Below, in pieces: positions 12,009-23,142 of a stretch of 64,000 nt of DNA (position 1 is its first letter; every line of letters starts with the position of its first letter). The stretch lies in contig NC_058383.1 of NCBI RefSeq assembly GCF_018350175.1, positions 13,456,001 to 13,520,000 on the forward strand. The letters are read 5' to 3'. The stretch is from Felis catus (lineage: Eukaryota). The notes below the pieces were generated by a model. The model was not told where the DNA came from, searched no databases, and was given only the letters and a program-made list of their open reading frames with translations. A program made the position numbers and the translations under genes.

Positions 12009-14199
12009 AACCCTTTGTGCACCTTCCTGTCAGCTCCTACCTGCCCTTAGCACATGGTCCTATTGAAAATCTGGTAGTTTAATTATTCTAAGGTTTAACA
12101 ACGATACCTGCACAATGTTCTACTCTCTTTGGAGTATTTGCATGTGAGTGGCCAGTGGGTTGAAGCTCTGTATGGTGGAGAGTGAGATGGTAGCTGAAGA
12201 CCGGAAAAGAAATCTGAGGGCTGGAAGGCATTCCTGGTACCCTGAAAATTCTCCTGCTGGGGACTGTTCCAGCCAGTGATTAACAAACCTTAGTTATTTG
12301 CGAAGTAGTTTCCACACCGCATAGTAAGATACATACATGAGGCACAGTGCAGTGTTTATGTGAGAATAATGTCGATTATTTGAATCTAGGCCTCAGAACC
12401 TACCTGAATACGGGTTTTACAGTTTTGTGTAATTGCCTTTTCTTTTGTGTTTGCATAGAAGGCATTACGTAGCTGGAAGATGATGGCAATTATAATTTAT
12501 TATGCTGTAATTGTTACCTAAATGTTTTTGAATAAGCAAAAATCACATCTGTTTAGGAATAAGTTGCACAGCAAGAGAATTCCCTTTGAAATGAATGCCG
12601 TGTTCTCATATTCTGTAACTGTACACATAAAACAACGTATTTATTTCCCCACTGAGTCCATTACATTCCCAAGTCAAACCACATCCTATCTTCCCTTCCC
12701 ATATTAAACCCTTTGATTTAATGGAGGTTTTAACTACTGGTTCTTTAGGGAATTTTCAGTAGGCTTTGCACAGATTAGGTTATTGGAAAGTATAGTTATT
12801 TGCTTGTAAAGTGGCAGTTCTGTGTCAAAATTGATTTTCTCTGGAGCTGCAACAGTAAAAAAGATAAGCTTCTGCTTTGCATCCCAAATGCCCTGATGTT
12901 CCAACCGTGATAGTTTTCCCTTTGCTTCTTGCTCAGCATCATTCCGTTCCAGGCTAGTTTGGACAGGCAGATATGAGCACGTGTAGCCCACAGGACTCTG
13001 ATATCCAGTGGTGATAATTGACCGGGCCTCTCCTCACTCTGGTTGCCACTGGTCTGTGACAACCAGTGTTCTGGGCATGGTGAGCATAGCATTTCTTCCC
13101 TTTGCCATTAAATAGGAAATGCATAAGCCAGGAATGGTTTTGTTTGTTCCACAGAAATGTAGCAGTTGAAATAATTACCTTGCCATGCCCAGGCTAACAG
13201 GATTTATCTTCCATTATAGATCTTGAAGACATATGCAAGAATAGTTTACTTCTCTAAATATACTAGGCTACTCACTTAGAAACGATTTCACTGTGTAAAA
13301 GAGAGCAGTCATAGCTGGTGGCATTACCTAGAAAAGCTTTGATAGCCAGAAAGATGAAGGGTAAAGTATTCTCTGTTTTTCTGCTCCCACTCATAAAATA
13401 GAATTGGAGTTTATGTGAATAACAGGCAGCCTCATTTTATTTTTTTATGCCCTGGTTGCAAGTTAGGGGTCCTTTAAGATGGGCCTTAATCTTAGGTGCT
13501 TCCCTGCAGCATATGTCCATCTCTCTAGTGGCCTCCAAGAGATGAGTATCTTCTTACTGTGGTCAGAGCCTGCCTGGATGACCAAGATGGACAGTCAATC
13601 TGTTCTTTCTCAGACTCGGTGAAGGCCACATTTCTGAGGTTATTTGGGGGATATTGTCCCATCTGTGTTGTTCTGGAATGCTGATTCCTACTCCTCGCTG
13701 TTTGTGTTGTTTTTCTTTTTTTTTTTTTAACCTCAGTTCTATCTCCAGCTAGATGCCCTTTATAGATTTTGCTTTTTTGTTGTGTTTCGGGTTTGAAGCT
13801 CCAGTGTGCATCCTATGAGTACTGTTCCATGTGGCATATTTCATTCAGTTAAATCTTGGTCTCCTGTCTTTGATCATCAAAATGTTACCAGATTGCCTTT
13901 GTTCCAGCTCAGCTGTTGCCACTCTGACTTTCACTACTAGCCGCTCACAGACAGTGCATCCCAGTGCATAACTTAATCGTGAAATCTGAGTCTCCCTTCT
14001 GGGACCAGTCCCAGGTGTTGATGGATCTGTGAAGGCGCATGACCTTAGCTCAGAAGGATCAAAAAGAACACAAACTAGGCTTCCCTGTGTCAGGTTCAAG
14101 TTTCACTTGGTGCCCTGATAGTTAATAATATAGATTTTAAGAGTTGAATCAAGAAGCCTAGGATTTTAATTCATCTTTCTTTATACTCTTTCATTAGAG

Positions 14200-14335
14200 T
14201 TCATTCACTCCATCCATCTACTCATCCTTATATCCACCAGTCCACTCAATAATTAACATACATCAGTGATAACTTCCAGCGTTTTAAACACTAGGGATAG
14301 AAAAAGATTAAGATACACACCTTTGCTTTGCAAAT
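14200..14335 (-). mobile_element. L2 3' fragment
   Basis: TTCATTCACTCCATCCATC...CTCAATAATTAAC...AAACACTAGGGATAG, antisense L2 tail pattern. Confidence 0.45.
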
Positions 14336-14499
14336 GACAAAGCGGCGTGAAACCATTTGCTGAACCCTGTGGCCAGTCTGTGGCAGAGTGGATACTTAGA
14401 ACCCATTTCTAGAGGCGTCTTCCCCGTGACCCTTATCTTTAAAGTTCTTACAGTAGTAGATTTAGACTCCTCACACATTTATGTTTTGGAAGTATCATG

Positions 14500-14990
14500 T
14501 GGTTGAAAATTAGAGAAAGCTGATGGAAACAAAATTGCTTGTACATTTACTAATGTGATGAAGCAAATTAAAGGAACAATCATTCACTACTCTTGTTAAG
14601 TTTCCTTTGAGTACTTATGATGAATAACAGTATTGTCAGCATATTCTATATATAGTTTTATGCCCTGCCCTCTCTGCTCGACATTATATAGTCATCGTCC
14701 TCCCACATCATGAGATACTTTTCCAAAACATGATAATTAATGACTCTGTATTATTTCAAAGTATAAAGTTTGTTTAACTGTTTTGTGTGTGTATTTGACT
14801 TTTGCTTCTATGGTTAGTGTTTTTGTTTTTTTTTTTTTAATTTTCCACCCTTATCACCTGAGCCTCCTTGTAATAAATCATTGCACATATCTGTCCTTGT
14901 TTCATTAGGATAAATTTCTGTGAGTGCTGTTACTGCATCAAAAGAAATGAACTTAAGGCTATAGATATATATTGTCCTGGGTCTGCTTTT
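14500..14990 (-). mobile_element. Ancient L1 fragment (L1ME-like)
   Basis: TTTCATTAGGATAAATTTCTGTGAGTG...TGCATCAAA and an AT-rich degenerate antisense L1 pattern. Confidence 0.45.
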
Positions 14991-15278
14991 ATCCTTAATC
15001 ATCCAGGATCCCTGACCAAGTGGCCAACTATGTAGTATCTTCAGCTTAGGAAAGAGTGTTCTTCTGCCAAGTGTAGCCACAGAACTGCTTTCCAGCAAAG
15101 AAGTCCCCTCCATAGCTAAGCTTCCTGTTGAGGGAGTTTTCGTAGAAAAAATGGCATTTGATCGAAGTCTTGAGGAAGTTGGAGCTTCAAAACGTGAAGA
15201 GGAGGATAAATTTTCCTAGCAGAAGAAACAAAGTGTTCAGAGGGAAGACTTTATTAAAACTGTACAGGATCTTAGAGA

Positions 15279-15509
15279 CAGTAGTTATCTAACACTTTTA
15301 ACCAAAGAAAGCATTTTTTTCAACCCAAATCTTGTTTAGCATATCAATACTGCAGCCTGATCAAAGTACAATAAAATCCGAGGGAGGTTGGGGAGCTCAA
15401 AACGGAGGGTAGAATCTCCTCTGCCCAGCATCCCTTGAACTTCCTGCACAGGTCCTGAGGTACACTTCTGAAACCCAAGGCCCTTTAAAAAACAAATTTA
15501 AAACCACTC
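15279..15509 (-). mobile_element. hAT-Charlie MITE (MER112-like)
   Basis: Degenerate terminal repeats CAGTAGTTATCTAAC...TTTAAAACCACT; CCTGAGGTACAC...AACCCAAGG near the end resembles the recalled MER112 consensus. Confidence 0.55.
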
Positions 15510-16312
15510 ATCCCAGTTTGAAGTTGAGGACACCGAGACACAGAGACAGAATGTGACTTCCCCCGAGGGCAGAACCGCTTCTGGAAGCTTGGTCTGGTGC
15601 TTTCACCCTGCCCCAAAGCCGGAATTCGGGGCTTTTATCAATACACGCTCCCCTGCAGGTTGGAAGAGATTATTTTTACTTTCTTAGGCTGTGTATTGTT
15701 GCAAGGTCCCAAGAGATTAATGTATGTATTAACTTCTGTAAGATGTTTCCCCAATCCATATTAACCATGTCTGACTGAGGCTCAAAGGATCTATTAAATT
15801 ATATCCAGGTTCCTATTAAATCACTACGCTGCCAGTAATACCTGGGCTCACCTTCTCCTTAACCCAAATTAACACGGGCTCTTAGCGGTCTCAAATCTAA
15901 CGCAGGTTCCTGAGATGAACAAGTGACTGGGAAGACGGGAGAGGAGAAAATTAAAATAAATGATACAGTGACCTCCTCACACCACTCATGGTTTCTCAAT
16001 TAACCAAAAGCCAGCCGGCTCCTCATCGCTGTTCTTTCAGTAATAGGTTTCACCCTCCCGTTCAGTGCCAGCCCACACGGGTGCACACACAGACACACAC
16101 TTTGCTAATCAGATTGGCAGCAAATAGAATTAAACCATTAAGGCAATTAAGCAATTCTTAGATAACATTTGATCAGTTCAATGAAAATGCAAATGCATGC
16201 TTCTTTTAGAGAAATAAGTTGATGAAAAGTCATTTCGTGTTCCATAATCTTCATTAACTTTTTTTCCAAATAAAGATTGCCATGTTTTAGGCTCAGAGCT
16301 GCACAGATGGAA

Positions 16313-16317
<5 letters not shown>

Positions 16318-16344
<27 letters not shown>
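16318..16344. repeat. Poly-T tract (about 27 nt)
   Basis: Read directly. Confidence 0.95.
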
Positions 16345-17182
16345 GTTTCCACTCTGTTCATCCTTTTATAACCCACCATGTTTTTCTGCCTCAGACTCTT
16401 CTGGCACATTTAGGTAATCTTACCTACAGCCTCTTCTTTGCACCTCGAAGCAAACTCTGTTTATTTTCTTTTGACGCGTGATGACTCACATTTTAAAGGC
16501 CAAACAGCTTCTCAGACCTTGAGTTCAGACTACATTCCTGCAGTGTTCTGACACGATTGTGGTTGGGTCCCCATGTGCTGTAGGTGCGGTACCTGATGCT
16601 GTGGTGCTGATACTTCTTTCTCCGTGCGCCCCTCGCTTAAGGTGTCTCCTCTCTCACTGGCTCGCGGGGATGGCAGTCCTGCTCTCAAAAATAGGCGCTT
16701 GAAAGCGTGAGGTCTTTGCATTGGTGCTTCTAAGCTTGTGCCGGAGTCCCCGTGTGCCCTCTGCACACTACTGCTGCCGCCCTCAATCCTCGACAAGTCT
16801 CAGCCTGGGCCTCCCTCACCCCACTACAGTGCCTTTCCTGCTCCAGCACAGGGTTTCCAAACCCGAGGGTCAACAGCTAGGGACTTGCAAAAATATTTAT
16901 ATCTTGTGGTTTCAGCTCAGACCCACTTAATCAGTATCTCCAAAGTTTGGCTTAGGGGTTTGGGGGGGGGGTGTTTTTTAATCTCCCTATTTGATTAGAG
17001 TCATCAGCCAGTCTTTATAAGACTTACATCTAGATGCCATATTGGTTTTTTTCCCTATAAATTAGAGACCATAACACATAGTCTGACCTATGATCTGCCA
17101 GTGATACAGAAATCCAAAAAGTTTTATGAATGTCTTCTTTATAAAGAAAAATAAAACTCCTTCTGTGGCAGGTCGTTTTATG

Positions 17183-17214
17183 CACACACACACACACATA
17201 CACACACACACACA
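17183..17214. repeat. (CA)8TA(CA)7 microsatellite
   Basis: Read directly. Confidence 0.97.
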
Positions 17215-18164
17215 TAGAGTGTGTTGTCTCATGTACATGTACATAGATATGTAGATATAGATAGATTTGTAGATAAATGGAGATGTAGAGATAGACCTAG
17301 ATAGATATGTGGTTTTGAGTGTTCAAATAAATGTCATTAGAGGCAGATGAAACCTGAGGGCCAGCTGTCTAATCACATTGTGGCTGGGACATTCTATTTA
17401 GCGCATCGCCTCCTTTTCCATGTTAATAAAGTATTGCAGCAAACTCTCATCCAGCGGGACACATGACCTTGGTGTGCCTGCCTGCAGATTTTTGAGAGGG
17501 TAAATATAAACATTAATGCCAAAAATTTCATATGCTTCAGGAATGTCACCAGTGCTTTTTCAGCCCAAAGCAGCCTTGAATTTTACTAATTCATTCATCA
17601 ATATATGTTAGCAGGAGAACTCCTCTTTCGAGCATTTTTTGGAGACTGTTCAGCAGCTATTAAAACCATCAAGCCCCCAGTGCCACCCGTGTTACAAGGA
17701 AGAATGATGTTTTGAGAAGCGATTGAGTACAGCATCCCAGGAAATATTTCTCACCTATTACTGTACACAAAGGCTTACATTTTCTTACATTACAACTTAG
17801 AAAGACTTCTAACGGGTAGACTTTTGGGAAGTAGACATGTAATGTCCTCAGCAATACTGGAAAATCTCATTAATTTGCTAAACAAACAAGTGGGGTTGTA
17901 AAGGATATTGCAAAGATTATAAAGGGAGGTTTAATCATCTGTGTTTAACTGGCTCTAAAAGCACCAAGTTCTCAAGTTCTTAAGATTCTGATGTCAGGTC
18001 TTCCTTCATTAAACTTGCCTAAGATATTTTAGCTGTTGGTTAGAATTACATTTTGGACTTCAGGATAATTCTGTATTTCTTTTTGAAAAAAATTCTTTGC
18101 ATGAGCATTTAGGCCTTAATTCAAACTGAAGTTTCCCCTCAGTTGTTCTAAATTACATTTTAGG

Positions 18165-18204
18165 TGTGTGTGTGTGTGTGTGTATGTGTGTGTGTGTGTG
18201 TGTG
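18165..18204. repeat. (TG)9TA(TG)10 microsatellite
   Basis: Read directly. Confidence 0.97.
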
Positions 18205-20905
18205 GTTGTATTCATACCATGTATGGTGGAGGGCGAAGGGGGGGAGACACGTCAGCAAGTGTATTACATTCTGTTCACAAGAATATCCTGAAGGTTTGCC
18301 TGAGTGAGGGAATTGTGTATATTAAAGGCTATTGTTCATTATTACTGCATAAAAATGGGCTTTTTAAAATTTTATAAGTAGGTATAAAATTTCAGACTCC
18401 CTACCTCTCTTGTTTAATTTTCACACTCAGAGGAATAAAGTGTTTCAGTATGTGTTGATCTTTCTTATTGGGTTGTTGTAGTTCAGGAGCTTTTGTCTCA
18501 AAAAGAGAATATTCTAAAATAGTATTCTTTCTTGAACCCATAAGGTTGGGCCTTTGATAACATGAGGTATTGTGAGGTTCTGGAGGGAAGATTCTGTGTG
18601 GGTCTCTCCCACTGCCTTCATCCTACAGACCTCACCAGTCTGCTGTAATCTTATAATTAATTAATGACTTTTAAGTCAGCCAAGGTAGGTAGTATGAAGG
18701 CTTACATTTCGAAGAATTGCATCATGGATGGTGATATTTAGATACATACATTTTTTAAAAGCTTCCATACCAAATCCCAAAAGGAGAGATTGACAGACAC
18801 TTCTAATATTAATTTATAGAGCTCCATTGTTCGTGTAATGCCCTCAAAACCAAAGGCATTGATTGGGTTTATAGAACCCACAGCACATCACAGTTATACT
18901 AAATTGCCCTGATACTGTTTTAACTTGCTTTAGTGTTTTAGTCATTTGAAGATAATATTTTCCAGTGACGTATGTATACTACTGACTGTCTTCTTGAGCT
19001 AACTCATTGCATCCTTTTTCTGTCCTTCTGTCCCCTAAAGCTGTTCTTGAATTCTTCCTGTCCTCTTGGCTTATGTCTTCCTGGCCACCCATGCACCACT
19101 GTCTAGTGTGAGTTCAGTAATAAAGCCACCAGGTTGTGTTTGTGTGTTCATTACTTTAAAGATGGCTCACCTAGGGGTCTGGGGTACAAACCCTGGAGTC
19201 TTAACCAATCAGGTGGTTTTGGACAGTCCGTCTGGGCTCATTCTTTTTCTTTCTGCTGCTTGACTTTCACTCCCTGCCCCTCTGAGCTCTTCTGAGACAC
19301 CAGGAGAGAATGAGTGGGTACACGAATGAAAAGTATGTGTGTGTCTGCACATACACGTGTGGCAATTCTTTTTCTGAAGATGTTTCCTTTGGAGATCATT
19401 TCCATCCTGTCCTAGAACATTCCTTCTCTTTAAAAAAGAGCATTTAGCCTGCACCTTAATGAACAGTCTTCTTCAAGCTCCCTTATAGCTGTGCAGAGTT
19501 TATCAGGGAGGCTGCTGTCTATCAGGGGTAGAATCTTTGGAGACAAAATGCTTCTCCCCAGGGTCTCACTGGGGTTCAGTCTCACTGGGGTTCCTACATA
19601 CCACTCCGAGCGGGAAAGGAGCCTACAGCACTGACCTGTGTACTCACGCTGCCCTATGTTCTCTGTGATGGAGCCGGCAAATGAGAGCCACCCACATGAA
19701 TCCCCCCCCCCCAAATAAAACCCGAATTAGCAGGGAATGACAAATAGCCACTGGTCCCTACTTATTTTACCAGGCCCAGTGTCTTTCCTGTCCTCATGAG
19801 ATTTCTGGCCTTCCAGTTGATGCCTTTTGCAGCCCTCTCCCCTCTTCCCCTTACCAAGGGCCCCAGGGATCTATAATAGGCTTGCGTTAATTGCCTGTTG
19901 AAGGACAGAAGCAGTTCCTGGAAGGCAGATGGTGATCCCCAGTTGAGCACCATTGGGTAGGAGAAGGGAGCTGAGGTTGATCTAGCAACTGGAAGAGGAT
20001 GCACTTGCACACGCACACGTGCACAAACATGCCCACGCACACGTACTGTCCCACTGCATTTCCCAGAGCATCACGTAAGCACCGATCAGGCTCTAGTGGT
20101 TTTCCCGCACCCACGCTCTGCTCTTGTTTGGTTGGCTGCACAGTAACTCAGGAAAGCCAGAGACTATCCATTTGAATCCCCTTGTAGGCTACAGGAGTTT
20201 TAGATAGAAGACACCCCAGAGAACGCTATATAATTCAGAGATTTATGAAGGTCACCTCATGGCCCCATTTCCTCTCTAAGAAACGTGTCTCTCAATCTGC
20301 ATTGCACATGTTCCCTTATTGCCAGAAGGGCTTTATAGGTGTCCTGCACGCTTCACCTCTTTTCCTCGCCCGTCCCAGACCAAGAACTATAAAAACGTCT
20401 ATTTTTCCCCCCTCCTTATCTCTTCTTTTAGACATACCTAGGCTGCCATTTCGTTGTTCTGTGGTGACTGTGGTGTAACACGGGAGGGGGAGGCACCGAC
20501 AGCTGCTTTCTGCCCCAGCCACATTCACATTCTTTGACCGGGCCCTGTTTTCCGTCTTTCACTCTCAGCCAGCACGCCCCCTCCTCAGGTCTCAGGGCGC
20601 GGCGTTTTGCTTCCTCCCTATAGTTTGTGCCCGTCACCACTGCGCACGTCTGCTGCTGCTCTCCCGCCCAGAGCAAAGGAATCCCTGCAAATCGAACTGG
20701 GAGCAGAAGCAGGGGCCCTCTTCTCACTCGGCGTCACCCCTGCGTGTCTCACTCCTTCCACTGTTCCTGTAAAACGCTGCAACTTGCTGGCAGAGTAGAA
20801 GCTCGACAGGCCCGTAAAGACCCCATTTACAACTGAGGAAACTGAGGCTGGGGGGCCGCGGGTGATAGTGTCTGCTCGATGGCTGCTTCAGATTTAGGCG
20901 GCTTT

Positions 20906-20942
20906 GCGTTGGTGGTATAGTGGTGAGCATAGCTGCCTTCCA
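20906..20942 (+). pseudogene. Tailless retropseudogene: 5' half of tRNA-Gly(TCC)
   Basis: GCGTTGGTGGTATAGTGGTGAGCATAGCTGCCTTCCA matches the first 37 nt of mammalian tRNA-Gly-TCC and ends just after the TCC anticodon; direct repeat CAGATTTAGGCGGCTTT at 20889-20905 and 20941-20957; no poly(A). Confidence 0.93.
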
Positions 20943-21379
20943 GATTTAGGCGGCTTTGAACCACTGCTCGGCATTTTACTCAGTAGATCTGTCCCTGAGT
21001 GCGCTTCAGAGTGTGCCCAGCAGAGCATAGTTAGCCTGGGTCAGGAGTGCCGCGTGGTGCTGGCAGCCTTGGCAGTCTGGAGGGCTTACCCAGGAGCTTC
21101 GATTTGGGGTGTGGCACGGCGTCTGAAGATGATGCTCAGTTCTACGCTGAGTGCCTTGTGAACACCCTCCCCGCCCCCCCCCGGCAGACATCTTGCAGAG
21201 AAGCATGCAGGAGAAATGCTCTCTGTCGCGAGAGCAAGGCTGCTCCCTCTTAAAAAGGTAATACCCAAAGGCACTCTCTTAATGGAATTTTTTGGTTTGC
21301 TGATTATAGCAGCAGCAGAGCTGCATTCTAGAGATTTCAGAAAATGTGGCAAATTTCAAAGGAAAAAATCAAAGTTGTG

Positions 21380-21950
21380 TTTGTAACAAAATGGAGTGGT
21401 CACCAATCCTAGTATTTTTTGGTGTAAGCGTTCCAATCTTCCTTCTTCCTGTGTCTCACACAAAGTTTCTTCAAGGTTGTTAAATGGTTTTCCAGAGGCT
21501 GGTTTTTAAGGACTACAGAGTGTCCTGTTATATGGATAATACCATTAGTGGTCTAACTGTATTTAGGATATTTGGATTTTTTTTCAAACCATCATTGTTA
21601 CGAATAATGTATCTCAGTGATTATTTCTTTGGGATACGTGTATCCTTGGGAAATTATTCAGTGAAAGGAAACGAAGCCCTTTTCAGACAAGATCAGGCAT
21701 GTTCAGGGTGGTATGGCCATAGACATGAAGCCCTTTTCAGAATGTGCTATGGATTATTACATTTCACTTCAGAGTGTCCCAGTCGTGTTGCCACCAGTGA
21801 TAAATGAAGATGCCCACCGAAAAGTCACACCTCTGTGGTTTCCCTCTTTTGAAAAAGACATTTCACCATGTAAAACTCCTTCCTTATGTATGATTTATAA
21901 TAATGTAGGTATGAGTTCATAAAAATATTGAATTTGGATTCTCTCCAATT
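21380..21950 (-). mobile_element. Ancient L1 fragment (L1ME-like), host of the 5S insertion
   Basis: GTATCCTTGGGAAATTATTCAG...ATTACATTTCAC...AGTGTCCC, degenerate antisense L1 ORF2-end pattern. Confidence 0.45.
21683..21724 (-). pseudogene. Tailless retropseudogene: 5' 42 nt of 5S rRNA
   Basis: Reverse complement GTCTATGGCCATACCACCCTGAACATGCCTGATCTTGTCTGA versus 5S GTCTACGGCCATACCACCCTGAACGCGCCCGATCTCGTCTGA; all differences are CpG transitions; 17-bp TSD A(C/T)GAAGCCCTTTTCAGA at 21671-21687 and 21725-21741. Confidence 0.93.
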
Positions 21951-22208
21951 TCCCTTTTAGTAGAAAGGCTCAAGTTCAGTAACAAATTCTACTTGGAATT
22001 TCCTTGGGTAAAATGATATACTTTGATTACTTAAATTCATGACAAGTAACACATAGACATTAATTAATTAAAACGCTTGCTAAAACCTTGAATAATACAG
22101 GGATTTAGCTTGACAGTGCAGTTTAAAAATCAAATAAGGCAGACCTACACTGGCCTCCTTGGAGATGACCGTCGGTGGGAAACATGGACTTTAAACAACA
22201 TACATTAA

Positions 22209-22413
22209 GGGGTGCCTGGGTGGCTCAGTCGGTTAAGCGTCTGACTTCAGCTCAGGTCATGATCTCACAGTTTGTGAGTTCAAGCCCGCATCAGGCTCTG
22301 TGCTGACAGCTCAGAGCCTGGAGCCTGCTTCAGATTCTGTGTCTCCCTCTCTCTCTGCCCCTTACCCGCTCACGCTCTGTCTCTCTCAAAAATAAATAAA
22401 CATTACAAAAAAA
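22209..22413 (+). mobile_element. CanSINE (SINEC_Fc)
   Basis: GGGGTGCCTGGGTGGCTCAGTCGGTTAAGCG... with A tail; degenerate TSD CATACATTAA / CATACGTTAA. Confidence 0.97.
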
Positions 22414-22443
22414 TTAGCATACGTTAACATAGAGCGAGTTTTT

Positions 22444-23142
22444 TTATAATATATGAAATTTATTGTCAAATTGGTTTCCATACAACACCCAGTGCTCATC
22501 CCAAAAGGTGCCCTCTTCAATACCCATCACCTACCCTTCCCTCCCTCCCACCCCCCATCAACCCTCAGTTTGCTCTCAGTTTTTAAGAGTCTCTTATGCT
22601 TTGGCTCTCTCCCACTCTAACCTCTTTTTTTTTTTCCTTCCCCTCCCCCATGGGTTTCTGTTAAGTTTCTCAGGATCCACATAAGAGTGAAAACATATGA
22701 TATCTGTCTTTCTCTGTATGGCTTATTTCACTTAGCATCACACTCTCCAGTTCCGTCCACGTTGCTACAAAGGGCCATACTTCATTCTTTCTCATTGCCA
22801 CGTAGTACTCCATTGTGTATATAAACCACAATTTCTTTATCCATTCATCAGTGGATGGACATTTAGGCTCTTTCCACAATTTGGCTATTGTTGAGAGTGC
22901 TGCTATAAACATTGGGGTACAAGTGCCCCTATGCATCAGTACTCCTGTATCCCTTGGGTAAATTCCTAGCAGTGCTACTGCTGGGTCATAGGGTAGGTCT
23001 ATTTTTAATTTTTGAGGAACCTCCACACTGTTTTCCAGAGTGGCTGCACCAGTTTGCATTCCTACCAACAGTGCAAGAGGGTTCCCGTTTCTCCACATCC
23101 TTTCCAGCATCTATAGTCTCCTGATTTGTTCATTTTGGCCTT
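22444..23142 (-). mobile_element. Young feline L1, 5'-truncated (ORF2 C-terminus plus 3' UTR)
   Basis: ORF 22670-23110 encodes the L1 ORF2 C-terminus (DLPYDPAVALLGIYP...CTPMFIAALSTIAKLWKEPKCPS); TSD GAGCGAGTTTTT at 22432-22443 / 23143-23154. Confidence 0.97.

Noticed and set aside
13078..13091. TGGTGAGCATAGC, identical to part of the tRNA-Gly fragment
   Set aside because: Only 13 nt with no flanking tRNA sequence or TSD; chance match.
19563..19593. Tandem duplication of GTCTCACTGGGGTTC
   Set aside because: Simple two-copy slippage duplication with no insert or further structure.
20889..21741. Repeat-spacer-repeat units with about 37-nt inserts, superficially CRISPR-like
   Set aside because: Each repeat occurs only twice, the repeats differ between units, the inserts are host tRNA and 5S fragments, and the DNA is mammalian; these are TSDs.
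22670..23110. 146-aa ORF as a host gene
   Set aside because: It is the C-terminus of L1 ORF2 in a 5'-truncated element.
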